64,000 bases of DNA from Cenarchaeum sp. (lineage in GTDB: Archaea; Thermoproteota; Nitrososphaeria; Nitrososphaerales; Nitrosopumilaceae). The position numbers and the translations under genes are program-made. Below, one piece after another: positions 48,601 through 57,540 of this stretch. The notes beneath the pieces were generated by a model. It worked only from the letters and a program-made list of their open reading frames with translations. It had not been told where the DNA came from and ran no database searches. Location of the stretch: assembly GCA_965242695.1 (NCBI GenBank), contig CBDESU010000001.1:2112001-2176000 (forward strand), written 5' to 3'. The number at the start of each line of letters is the position of its first letter. Position 1 is the stretch's first letter.

Positions 48601-50612
48601 CTCGCGGAGACCAGACTGCGAAGACGGATGCGAGCGCACTTGAGCACGGGCCTTTGAAGGTCACCGTCTCGAGGGGCGCAGCATCCGTGATCGTCGCGAC
48701 TGCGGGCGGCGAGGCTGCCAACGACGGCAGGATCACCACCCTCGGCACGCGGACGTTCGTGCAGAACGAGCAGATCATGCAGGAGGTTCTCAACGACGTA
48801 ATGGTCGGAACCACGCGCGAGCTTGGGCCGATCACCGAGATCGCCCCCGACGCGGGCATATTTGAGCTTGACATGGTCCTGAGGTACACCGACGGGCCGT
48901 CCGGCAACCAATGCCCGACAACGAGCGTCTTCCAGGCGCTCGACGGCAGCGACGGCACCGACGCAAATAACAGGTTTACCGACAACGTCAACACGCACTG
49001 CATACAGCAGGGCGACATCATCACCGTAGAGTACACCGACCCGACCGACTCGTCGGGCAACCCGAACACCGTGACCGACTCGGCCACGTTCGACCTGCGC
49101 AACGGCGTGCTCCAGTCCGACAAGTCCGTCTACATCATCGGCCAGGACATGATCCTGACGCTGATCGAGCCGGACCTCGACCTGGAGAGCGACGAGGCCG
49201 AGACGTACGATCTCGACCTGATCGAGTGGGACTCGGACGCGGCCGGCACGACCATGGGCAACATGGGCGGCGGCGCGGTATTCGACCCCGAGCCTTCCGA
49301 CCTTAGGGAGACCGGCGACAGCACTGGTATATTCCAGGTTGTAGTCGAGATACCCGAGGCGTTCGGGAACAACCGCGTAGAGCGGGGCGAGGAGATCGAG
49401 CTCGAGTACACCGACTTTGGCCCGTCTGGCGCCGACTACGTCGGCGACGACACCGAGGACATCAACCTGACCGTCTTCACCTCCAACTTTGGGGCTACGA
49501 TCGAGCTGGACCAGAAGGTCTACACGTGGACCGACAAGGTCTACATTACGATCGTCGCGCCCGACCACAACTTCGACTCGGACCTTGTCGACGAGATCGG
49601 CGAGACCTCTAGCGACCCGATCAGGGTATCCACGAGGAGCGCCGAGCTCGAGCAGTACCGCTTGGTCGAGACGGGCACCGACACCGGCATATTCGCCGGC
49701 GAGGTGATCCTGACAGGCTTCAGCCACGACGCGGACGGCGACACCACAACGGGCAACAACGGCTACGACATCGTCAACACCCCAGCGTCCGGCACCGGCC
49801 CGACCGACGGCAAGCTTCCGACGGGCGACGACGACGGCATTACCGTGTCGTTCGAGTTCTCCGAGGACGAGACCGTCGTGACGACGGCGCTAGTGCGCTG
49901 GAGCATAGGCGAAGTGCAGTGGCTAGAGACGAGCTACCCGGCGCAGGGCACGGGCATTGTCAGGGTCATCGACCCCGACATGAACCTGGACCCAGAGTCG
50001 GTGGACAACTTCGGCATCGACGTGTACTCGGACTCGGACTCGGGAGGCATCGACCTCACCGTGACCGAGACCAACGAGGCCACGGGCGTGTTCGAGGGGA
50101 CGGTCTTCTTCACGACTACCGACGAGTCGTCGGGCCACAGGCTGCGCGTCGCCGAGGGCGACACGATAACGGCCGAGTACACCGACGGCACGCTCCCGAA
50201 CCCGTACAGCACCAACGACGATATCGACGTAACGGCAGCCGCAATCATCGGCACGATCGTGCCTCCGCTCGAGAGGGCGCCGGTCTCGAACGCCCGGGTA
50301 GTCGATTCCTTCGGGAACACGCTATCCTCGGTGTCCGTGGACCAGCAGGTGCAGATAACGGCCGACGTGATCAACGGGCAGGACCGGACGCAGTCGTTCG
50401 CGTACCTTGTCCAGATCCAGGATGCCAACGGCGTCACCGTCTCGCTCTCGTGGATAGAGGGCTCGCTCAATCCGGGCCAGTCCCTCTCGCCAGCGCAGTC
50501 TTGGACGCCCGACATGCCAGGCTCGTACACCGCAACGGTGTTCGTCTGGGAGTCGGTCGACAACCCGACCGCGCTGTCTCCGCCGGGCACCGTAACGGTC
50601 AACGTAAGGTAG
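45672..50612 (+). CDS. S-layer protein paralog A (thaumarchaeal major S-layer family)
   Basis: Signal peptide IMVAGGVTFAIPG..PEAAA, NANLYVSAEN, repeated ETGxDTGxF Ig-like domains, very acidic, C-terminal VWESVDNPTALSP. Confidence 0.88.
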   Translation: MVSNSYVSRISVTSIILATIMVAGGVTFAIPGAIPEAAAQSSNANLYVSAENSAFDNVFTGLNVVEVVVRDPDRTIRSGSDIAAEPRVTVDGDWLRMVQGNDGSWYGYFAENASIHVIENDQDNPNAIDYGERCDTGPAGLTGYEFEYAMCATGADRDKDGKHPVIRTPKAINNADNTGDRVNFGSIGLERANQWPFIQVYNFDDESDIVVEYEKGGDAQSVTLYYDSDPDEYGTGLELGRDRYPLGGGVIMTMTDLAMNVDPTDSDTWTFTTADDGAYYYLFDDNGMCQDNRSDANKINRDLDGLEGVDDNLYLTIDPDKDGSTVLKFMVPHPGNQNDDCGAGTSTAKTLMMNSDTNNMVTFIEGDPGVFTNTNTNTDLPNIVVPTNAARGNTAVIDYNDGDISVVVGHTFGTITLDDDAVGGVWNSGEEIPVTLTDADINRAAMNDEDIDVSNPAFTIIPSVRIGSPITLASAESAMLGNSMLAGSNGTFAVDSFSDVGRLMPNMTANTVTFKWAEMGEEIGSFLADEENNRVYNADGSFRGVTYPSATFQFLNFDVRSIGSVNSAAFQWMNASGMQSIPIPDVSGGQDLVEITNVDVSMIPDDADVYIMLNFGGNTLESGMTYPVVVDLFSFGQMGDGVAASERINNAIYRLELEESGDNTGVFEGTIEYTMLNQINVRDPGTYNGLDTISDAVTMVVHNDMTDEDSIRVNYLDLGADGVATQIADQVEAPTTSGSVSFDADNYKVADTVTVTLEDADMNTAVETIEIYTVVDTADDPAYDMVGVENYGVNSAGDAFGRVLDVTFDDQLWLEGCGISGDNGLGSTGFTLIETGADTGVFTGDFQIPLQYCHRLPNNDVEVRSTTGVDMEVNYVDYRDASGETLEVGDSAGIRANTGTVSLDRTVYPVPFGVPADYGGNPPQGASIFPIHATGINSWPAPGTFLPNGDLTIHIRVNDPDFDISASGEDTIAVNIPRGDQTAKTDASALEHGPLKVTVSRGAASVIVATAGGEAANDGRITTLGTRTFVQNEQIMQEVLNDVMVGTTRELGPITEIAPDAGIFELDMVLRYTDGPSGNQCPTTSVFQALDGSDGTDANNRFTDNVNTHCIQQGDIITVEYTDPTDSSGNPNTVTDSATFDLRNGVLQSDKSVYIIGQDMILTLIEPDLDLESDEAETYDLDLIEWDSDAAGTTMGNMGGGAVFDPEPSDLRETGDSTGIFQVVVEIPEAFGNNRVERGEEIELEYTDFGPSGADYVGDDTEDINLTVFTSNFGATIELDQKVYTWTDKVYITIVAPDHNFDSDLVDEIGETSSDPIRVSTRSAELEQYRLVETGTDTGIFAGEVILTGFSHDADGDTTTGNNGYDIVNTPASGTGPTDGKLPTGDDDGITVSFEFSEDETVVTTALVRWSIGEVQWLETSYPAQGTGIVRVIDPDMNLDPESVDNFGIDVYSDSDSGGIDLTVTETNEATGVFEGTVFFTTTDESSGHRLRVAEGDTITAEYTDGTLPNPYSTNDDIDVTAAAIIGTIVPPLERAPVSNARVVDSFGNTLSSVSVDQQVQITADVINGQDRTQSFAYLVQIQDANGVTVSLSWIEGSLNPGQSLSPAQSWTPDMPGSYTATVFVWESVDNPTALSPPGTVTVNVR
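45705..45781 (+). repeat. Left outer inverted repeat: 77 bp identical to 56094-56170; begins with GTTACTAG-tatcata-CTAGCCAC
   Basis: Direct comparison with the reverse complement of the paralog B 5' end. Confidence 0.9.
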
Positions 50613-50663
50613 ACAACACACAGATACTAGTTTCACTTTTCCTTTTTTCATTTTTTTGAATCC
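50170..50663 (+). repeat. Inner inverted repeat (~494 bp, identical to 51038-51531) covering the C-terminal coding region and 3' UTR
   Basis: By-eye comparison; imperfect similarity extends to about 50691/51011. Confidence 0.88.
50631..50658 (+). terminator. Oligo-T archaeal terminator of paralog A
   Basis: tttcacttttccttttttcattttttt after the stop. Confidence 0.75.
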
Positions 50664-51042
50664 TTCTTTGTGGGGGGCACTGTGCCCCTGCATCCTCAAC
50701 TCAGTGGGGGAGAGGGTGCGTTCATGAGTAAGCACGGCTGATCTTGGCTGAAAGTGTATGGCATCATCCGATGTCGACATGCAGGAACGCTTTGAGTTAC
50801 ACACACATCGTGGCGACGGGTGTCGGACCTGCCACCATCCCGCAACGTAGCAGATGAAACATGATCGCGACATGATCTCAATGCCGCGCCTCTCCCATGC
50901 CCATGTCAGGGGAATGACGTACACGACGCGTCGCGACGGGATTGCCGCAGGGCGCGAACTGATGCGCGGTAAGAGTGGGGGCGGTCCAGACCGTCGCATG
51001 CAAGTCGCCGGCAGGGCATAGCATCCCCCACGAAGAGGGATT

Positions 51043-51070
51043 CAAAAAAATGAAAAAAGGAAAAGTGAAA
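51043..51070 (-). terminator. Oligo-T archaeal terminator of paralog B
   Basis: Identical inverted copy of the paralog A terminator. Confidence 0.75.
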
Positions 51071-51088
51071 CTAGTATCTGTGTGTTGT

Positions 51089-54000
51089 CTACCTTACGTT
51101 GACCGTTACGGTGCCCGGCGGAGACAGCGCGGTCGGGTTGTCGACCGACTCCCAGACGAACACCGTTGCGGTGTACGAGCCTGGCATGTCGGGCGTCCAA
51201 GACTGCGCTGGCGAGAGGGACTGGCCCGGATTGAGCGAGCCCTCTATCCACGAGAGCGAGACGGTGACGCCGTTGGCATCCTGGATCTGGACAAGGTACG
51301 CGAACGACTGCGTCCGGTCCTGCCCGTTGATCACGTCGGCCGTTATCTGCACCTGCTGGTCCACGGACACCGAGGATAGCGTGTTCCCGAAGGAATCGAC
51401 TACCCGGGCGTTCGAGACCGGCGCCCTCTCGAGCGGAGGCACGATCGTGCCGATGATTGCGGCTGCCGTTACGTCGATATCGTCGTTGGTGCTGTACGGG
51501 TTCGGGAGCGTGCCGTCGGTGTACTCGGCCGATATCGTGTCGCCCTCGGCGACGCGCAGCCTGTGGCCCGACGACTCGTCGGTAGTCGTGAAGAAGACCG
51601 TCCCCTCAAACACGCCCGTGGCCTCGTTGGTCTCGGTCACGGTGAGGTCGATGCCTCCCGAGTCCGAGTCCGAGTACACGTCGATGTCGAAGTTGTCCAC
51701 GGCCTCTGGGTCCAAGTTCATGTCACGGTCAATGACCCTGACAATCCCCGTGCCCTGCGCCGGGTAGCTCGTTTCTAGCCACTGCACTTCGCCTATGCTC
51801 CAGCGCACTAGCGCCGTCGTCACGACGGTCTCGTCCTCGGAGAACTCGAACGACACGGTAATGCCGTCGTCGTCGCCCGTCGGAAGCTTGCCGTCGGTCG
51901 GGCCGGTGCCAGATGCAGGCGTGTCGACAATGTCGTAGCCGTTGGTGCCCGTCCTAGTGTTTCCGTCCGCGTCGTGGCTGAAGCCTGTCAGGATCACCTC
52001 GCCGGCGAATATGCCGGTGTCGGTGCCCGTCTCTACGAGGCGATACGGCTCGAGCTCGGCGCCGCGGGTCGAGACCCGTATCGGGTCGGATCCCGTCTCG
52101 CCGATCTCGTCGACAAGGTCAGAGTCGAAGTTGTGGTCTGGCGCGACGATCGTAATGTAGACCTTGTCGGTCCACGTGTAGACCTTCTGGTCCAGCTCGA
52201 TCGTTGCCCCAAAGTTGGATGTGAAGACGGTCAGGTTGATGTCCTCGTCGTCGTCGCCGACGTAGTCGGCGCCAGACGGGCCCCAGTCGGTGTACTCGAG
52301 GGTGATCTCTTCGCCCCTCTCGACCCTGTCGCCGCCTAGCTCCTCGGGTATCTCGACTACAACCTGGAATATTCCAGTGCTGTCGCCGGTCTCCCTCAGG
52401 TCGGACGGTTCGGGATCGAAGTTGACGCTGCCTCTCGGCTGGCCCACGGTGCCCATTGAAAGGGCAGCCGCGTCAGAGTCCCACTCGATCAGGTCTAGGC
52501 TATACGTCTCTGCCTCGTCGCTCTCCAGGTCGAGATCCGGCTCGATCAGCGTCAGGATCATGTCCTGGCCGATGATGTAGACGGACTTGTCGGACTGGAG
52601 GACGCCGTTGCGCAGGTCGAACGTGGCCGAGTCGGTCACGGTGTTCGGGTTGCCCGACGCATCTGTCGGATCGGTGTACTCTACGGTCAGAATGTCGCCC
52701 TGCAGGATGCAGTGGTTTGTCTGCCCGTCGGAGAACCTGGTAAGGGCGCTCTCGGTCTTCATGTTCGTCTCGGATATCCTCTCGCCCTCAAGCGGCTCGA
52801 AGGATCCCGTCTCGGGACACTGCGAGCTGGCCGGGCCATCAGTGTACCTGATCGGCAGGTCGAGCTCGAATATGCCGGCGTCGGGGGCGATCTCGGTGAT
52901 CGGCCCTAGCTCTCTGGTCTGGGACACGTCGCGTATCCGCTCCTGGATGGTTCCGTCAGCCATTCTCACGATGGTAGATGCCGTCCCTGCAGAGGCCACA
53001 TCCGAGCCGGACGTGATCACGCCGCCCATATTGTCTTCGTTGCCTATCTTTGCTGGACCTCCTGCGGTAGCGATAACCACTGTATCAGCACCCCTCGAGA
53101 TTGACACCTTGAGGGGGCCATGTGTCTTGTCGTCACCGCGATCGATCGCTTCGCTTATCACGTCTTCGCCGCTAGCCGATATGTCGTAGTCGGGATCGTT
53201 GATCCGGACATGCACTGTCAGATCGCCCGTCGGCAGGTATGTGTTGACGGTGCCTACGTTGCCACCGTGGCCGGTGGAGTGTATCGGGAATATGGTGTTG
53301 GGAGTCATGCGAGTAAAGCTGTTGTCGTTGTTCCTCGTGGTAAAGTCATTGGCAGTACCGAACGGAACGGGATAGACAGTCCTGTCTAGACTGACAGTAC
53401 CGGTGTTGGCCCTGATGCCGGCGCTGTCGCCGACTTCTATAGTCTCGCCGGAGGCGTCACGGTAGTCAACATAGTTGACCTCCATGTCGACGCCGGTGGT
53501 AGACCTAGACTCGTCACCGATGCTGGTCCTGTGGCAGTAGTTTGACGGAATCTGGAAGTCGCCGGTAAAGACGCCGGTATCGGCGCCCGTCTCGATCAGC
53601 GTAAAGCCGGTCTCGCCGAGGCCGTTGTCTACGTCATCGTCTATGCTTGCTTCGCAACCCTTAAGCCATAGCTGGTCGTCGAACGTAATGTCTAGGACGC
53701 GTCCCAGTGCAGCGCCGCTGGCGACACCGCCAAGGCGCCCGTACCCGGGCTCGCCAATCATGTCAAATGCAGGATCGCGTATGTCGGGAAGTTCGTTGCC
53801 CTGCGCGTCCACAGCCTTGTAGGTCGTGTCGACCGCAGTGTAGATGTCCACCGTCTCGACGGCAGTGTTCAGGTCGGCATCTTCGAGTGTGACTGTGACC
53901 GTGTCGGCCACCTTGTAGTTGTCAGCATCGAATGATACCGACCCCGATACCGTCGGAGCCTCCACTTGGTCGGCGATCTGCGTCGCAACGCCGTCGGCTC

Positions 54001-56203
54001 CCAAGTCGCGGTAGTTGACGCGGACAGAGTCCTCGTCAGTCATGTCATTGTGGACAATCAAGACGATTGCATCGCTTATTGGGTCAATGTCCTCATAGGT
54101 AGATTCCTGTCGGACGTTGATCTGGTTGAGCATGATGTATTCCATGCTTCCCTCGAAGACGCCCGTGTTGTCGCCGCTCTCCTCCAGCTCCAGCCGGTAG
54201 ATGGCGTTGTTGATCCTGTCGCCAGGTGCAACGCCGTCGCCCATCTGCCCAAAGCTGAAGAGGTCGACCGCTACAGGGTAAGTCTTGTCGGCTTCAAGAG
54301 TAGTAATCCCGAAGTCCAGCACTATGTCGACTTGCGCATTGTCTGGAATGTTGTTGATCTCGGTCATGTTGGCAGTTATGCCGACAAGGCCCTGATCCAT
54401 GCCATTGACAGCACCTATCGCTGTCTCCATGTCGTCACCCCATTGGAATGACGCGCCAGTAAGTTCACCGATCGAGCGCACGTCAAAGTTGAGGAATTGG
54501 AACGTGGCTGGCTTGGGTGCAACGTGCGTTGCTGTCCCTTGTGCCGGATCATCCTCCAGGAACGACTTGAGCGTCTCGCCCGTTGTCACTCCCTTGAACG
54601 TCAGGTCCACGTTGATGGTGTCCATTGCTGGCATCAGCCTGACAATGTCGCTAAAAGCGTCCTTCGTAAAGTTGCCCGCCATAGCCATATCCGTGGAAGC
54701 TAGCGTGAGATTTTCATTGCTTCCGACCATTACCATCGAGTCAACCCCGCCAAGCGTAATGGGTGAACCAATGCGCACGCTAGGAATAATCGTGATCTTG
54801 TCGTTATACAGCTCTAGATCCTCGTCGTTCATGGCCATGCGGTTAACATCTGCATCTGTAAGCGTGACGGGTATCTCCTCGCCAGAGTTCCACACTCCGC
54901 CGACTGCGTCGTCGTCAATCGTTATGGTTGCAGTGGAGTAACCCACCACCACGGACATAGTGCCGTCGTTGTGGTCAATGACGGCGGTAGTGCCCCTATT
55001 CGCACTCATTGGCACGTAGAGGTTGGGCGTATCGCTGTCACTATCAGTGTTTGTGAACACGCCAGAGTCACCTTCGATAAAAGTGACCATCCGGATGTTT
55101 TCATTGTTGTTGTTCATGTTGCTATCGCGGTTCACAGCATTGGCAACGATCAGGTCTGCACCGCGGCTATTGATTGCACTGTCATCTGCACATGTGCGCG
55201 TGCCATCTCTCTTGACAGGATCATCCTGGCTACCCTCATGAGGCGCCCTGAACTCAACTGCCATGCTGCCATCCTTATCGGTGTCAATGGTAAGGTAGAG
55301 GTTGTCTTCAACACCCTCGAGTCCCTCACCGTCAACGCCATCCCGGGGAAGCATAGGCGGATTCCTGTCTTGGCACACACCATCGTCATCGAAGAGATAG
55401 TAGTATGCAGCTTGGTAGTTGTCATGCTCAGAATTGTCTGTAGTCATGAACGTCCACGTGTCGCTGTCCGTCGGGTCCACGTCCATGGCGAAGTCCGTCA
55501 TGGTCATGATGACGCCGCCGCCCAGGGGATACCTGTCGCGGCCCAGCTCCAAGCCGACGCCGTAGTCAGTGGGATCGCTGTCGTAGTAGAGGGTGACACT
55601 CTGCGAGTCGCCTCCCTTTTCGTACTCTACGACAATGTCGCTCTCGTCGTCAAAGTCGTACACCTGGATGAATGGCCACTGGTTTGCATCAGCGCTACTA
55701 AGCCTGATGCTACCCAAGTTGGCGCGGTCCGCCGCATCGTTGATCGCCTTTGGCGTCCTGATAACATCGTTGGCGCTACACCTTAGCGAGACGGACTCGG
55801 TATTTCCGAGGCTCTCCATCGTGCATTCAGTGCCGTAGTTTATTGCAGGACCGACATTATCAATGTTGACCTCTGCAAAGTACCCGTACCAGTTGCCGTC
55901 GTTGCCGTGGACCATCCTCAGAAGGTCTCCGTCTACCGTCACGCGAGGCTCGGCGGCTATGTCGCTGCCGCTCCGTATGGTGCGGTCGGGGTCGCGAACG
56001 ACCACCTCTACGACGTTGAGGCCGCTGATGGCGTTGTTGGTGTCGGCGTTCTCTGCCGACACGTACAGGTTTGCGTTGCTCGACTGGGCCGCTGCCTCCG
56101 GGATGGCTCCCGGTATGGCGAACGTGACCCCGCCGGCCACCATGATGGTGGCTAGTATGATACTAGTAACAGCATGCCGGTTCCTTGCTGTTTTTGATAC
56201 CAT
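51089..56203 (-). CDS. S-layer protein paralog B (possibly a silent cassette)
   Basis: Full-length intact paralog of A; GC-rich upstream DNA with no TATA-like box. Confidence 0.88.
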   Translation of the reverse strand: MVSKTARNRHAVTSIILATIMVAGGVTFAIPGAIPEAAAQSSNANLYVSAENADTNNAISGLNVVEVVVRDPDRTIRSGSDIAAEPRVTVDGDLLRMVHGNDGNWYGYFAEVNIDNVGPAINYGTECTMESLGNTESVSLRCSANDVIRTPKAINDAADRANLGSIRLSSADANQWPFIQVYDFDDESDIVVEYEKGGDSQSVTLYYDSDPTDYGVGLELGRDRYPLGGGVIMTMTDFAMDVDPTDSDTWTFMTTDNSEHDNYQAAYYYLFDDDGVCQDRNPPMLPRDGVDGEGLEGVEDNLYLTIDTDKDGSMAVEFRAPHEGSQDDPVKRDGTRTCADDSAINSRGADLIVANAVNRDSNMNNNNENIRMVTFIEGDSGVFTNTDSDSDTPNLYVPMSANRGTTAVIDHNDGTMSVVVGYSTATITIDDDAVGGVWNSGEEIPVTLTDADVNRMAMNDEDLELYNDKITIIPSVRIGSPITLGGVDSMVMVGSNENLTLASTDMAMAGNFTKDAFSDIVRLMPAMDTINVDLTFKGVTTGETLKSFLEDDPAQGTATHVAPKPATFQFLNFDVRSIGELTGASFQWGDDMETAIGAVNGMDQGLVGITANMTEINNIPDNAQVDIVLDFGITTLEADKTYPVAVDLFSFGQMGDGVAPGDRINNAIYRLELEESGDNTGVFEGSMEYIMLNQINVRQESTYEDIDPISDAIVLIVHNDMTDEDSVRVNYRDLGADGVATQIADQVEAPTVSGSVSFDADNYKVADTVTVTLEDADLNTAVETVDIYTAVDTTYKAVDAQGNELPDIRDPAFDMIGEPGYGRLGGVASGAALGRVLDITFDDQLWLKGCEASIDDDVDNGLGETGFTLIETGADTGVFTGDFQIPSNYCHRTSIGDESRSTTGVDMEVNYVDYRDASGETIEVGDSAGIRANTGTVSLDRTVYPVPFGTANDFTTRNNDNSFTRMTPNTIFPIHSTGHGGNVGTVNTYLPTGDLTVHVRINDPDYDISASGEDVISEAIDRGDDKTHGPLKVSISRGADTVVIATAGGPAKIGNEDNMGGVITSGSDVASAGTASTIVRMADGTIQERIRDVSQTRELGPITEIAPDAGIFELDLPIRYTDGPASSQCPETGSFEPLEGERISETNMKTESALTRFSDGQTNHCILQGDILTVEYTDPTDASGNPNTVTDSATFDLRNGVLQSDKSVYIIGQDMILTLIEPDLDLESDEAETYSLDLIEWDSDAAALSMGTVGQPRGSVNFDPEPSDLRETGDSTGIFQVVVEIPEELGGDRVERGEEITLEYTDWGPSGADYVGDDDEDINLTVFTSNFGATIELDQKVYTWTDKVYITIVAPDHNFDSDLVDEIGETGSDPIRVSTRGAELEPYRLVETGTDTGIFAGEVILTGFSHDADGNTRTGTNGYDIVDTPASGTGPTDGKLPTGDDDGITVSFEFSEDETVVTTALVRWSIGEVQWLETSYPAQGTGIVRVIDRDMNLDPEAVDNFDIDVYSDSDSGGIDLTVTETNEATGVFEGTVFFTTTDESSGHRLRVAEGDTISAEYTDGTLPNPYSTNDDIDVTAAAIIGTIVPPLERAPVSNARVVDSFGNTLSSVSVDQQVQITADVINGQDRTQSFAYLVQIQDANGVTVSLSWIEGSLNPGQSLSPAQSWTPDMPGSYTATVFVWESVDNPTALSPPGTVTVNVR
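56094..56170 (-). repeat. Right outer inverted repeat (partner of 45705-45781)
   Basis: Identical 77 bp; GATACCAT box at 56196-56203. Confidence 0.9.
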
Positions 56204-56429
56204 ATCCCGCCGGGCCATCGGGGCGGCGCCAGCCGTCGGCGTGCATTCGGCAGGGTGGGCCGGACATTGGCGCGGGCGGAACCGGGACTCGGCCTCTGAC
56301 CTTGGCGCGCTGTCGGGCGGGCGGCTTGGCGCCGCATGGTGCGGGATTGTCCTCCCATCCCACTCCGCCGGCCCGTTCGCTCGCCGTCAAAAGGCAGGGT
56401 ACATAACCCACCCAAGTTTTCCCACGGAC

Positions 56430-56615
56430 ATGGCAATGAGGGAAGTCAAACCGCTCGGCGACAAGCAGTGGGCTATGCTAGTAGAGCAGCTGGAGAAGGG
56501 ACCCACACCGGAGATGGTCCATGCCGTTGAGCTTGCCCAAGAGCGCGTCAAGCACATAAAGGAGGTGGGTCCCTACGAGTTCCAAGAGCGTCGCAGGCGG
56601 GCATCAGGAGCGTGA
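56430..56615 (+). CDS. Small protein, putative antitoxin upstream of a GNAT remnant
   Basis: 61-aa ORF with an AT-rich box upstream; L..KQW..LVEQLEKGPTP resembles DUF1778-type C-termini. Confidence 0.55.
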   Translation: MAMREVKPLGDKQWAMLVEQLEKGPTPEMVHAVELAQERVKHIKEVGPYEFQERRRRASGA

Positions 56616-56625
56616 TATCTCGCCG

Positions 56626-57033
56626 GTGCTTCCAGACACCGTTCCCGATCCAAGGTTCGAGTGTCGCAACGACGAGTTCAACGAATACTACAAGGTCAAC
56701 TGCTACAGCGACATGGAGGAGGGGTTGAACAGAACATGGATGTGCGGCGACGGGCGCGGCGGCGTCCTTGGCTACCTCTCAATAGCCGCAGCGCACCCGC
56801 GCCCCGATCGCGATCCTGTCCTGTGCAGCCAGCTGGGCTCGCCATCTGCAGCCGTAGGCGGCGCACGCTGGCAGATGTCGGCATCGGAGTGGGCGCCACG
56901 CAGGCTCCACGACGCCTCAGGGTGCGGTTCAGCCGCATCCGCGTCGAACGCTACGGCGGCTACGCATGCGCTTACGCTACGGCGGTGTTCGTGTCAGGCA
57001 ACACGGTACATTTCATTGGTGTCGTCATCGTAG
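56626..57033 (+). pseudogene. Degenerate GNAT-family (toxin-type) acetyltransferase
   Basis: FECRNDEFNEYY...D...G..RT...VLGYLSIAA matches the N-half of GNAT toxins; the acetyl-CoA motif region is garbled. Confidence 0.55.
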
Positions 57034-57540
57034 GCAAGCTTGATTACGCGATAGTTGGGCGGGTAGTTGCCGTTCGCGTCGGGCTCCAGCTGGGGGTCGA
57101 GCTTTTCCAGGTCCTTCCGAAAGGCCTTTGCGAGTCCTGCCGCAAACGCCTTGTCCCAGAGCGCCAGCTTTTTATCGATCATCTCCTCGCCGTCATGATC
57201 GTCCACGTCCGGCCTGATGGTGGACGACTCTATAATGTCTGCGATCTCGGGGAGCACGCCCAGGCCGTCAAGGGCCGCGCGCCTCCTCGAACCTGTCGAT
57301 CATGTCGCACAGCACGAATCCCGCAAGGCAGAGTGGATCGTAAAACCAAAAGTTGTTCTCATTGTCCTGTTTGACCCATTCGTCCGCCAGCGACACCGCG
57401 GTCGAATGCAGGTGGCGAAGGTCGGCAAGCACAGCCTGCCCGTCGCCGCCGCCCTGTCCAGACGACGCCCGCGCCGCGCGTTCCGCCATGTCAGCAAGCG
57501 CCAGTGCCTGGCTCACGGCCGCCCCGTTCGTGGTTGCCAT
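56994..57540 (-). pseudogene. Hypothetical gene split by a probable frameshift (57268-57540 plus 56994-57257)
   Basis: Two consecutive protein-like ORFs; the second frame is open upstream (RRAALDGLGVLPE) across the first stop. Confidence 0.45.

Noticed and set aside
50692-51010. Gene or promoter in the spacer between the S-layer genes
   Set aside because: No convincing ORF, TATA box or stable structure was seen by eye.
50170-51531. Inverted identical block as an amplification or assembly fold-back artefact
   Set aside because: The two genes diverge extensively elsewhere, both ORFs are intact, and a unique ~320-bp spacer separates them. Local read collapse cannot be excluded without reads.
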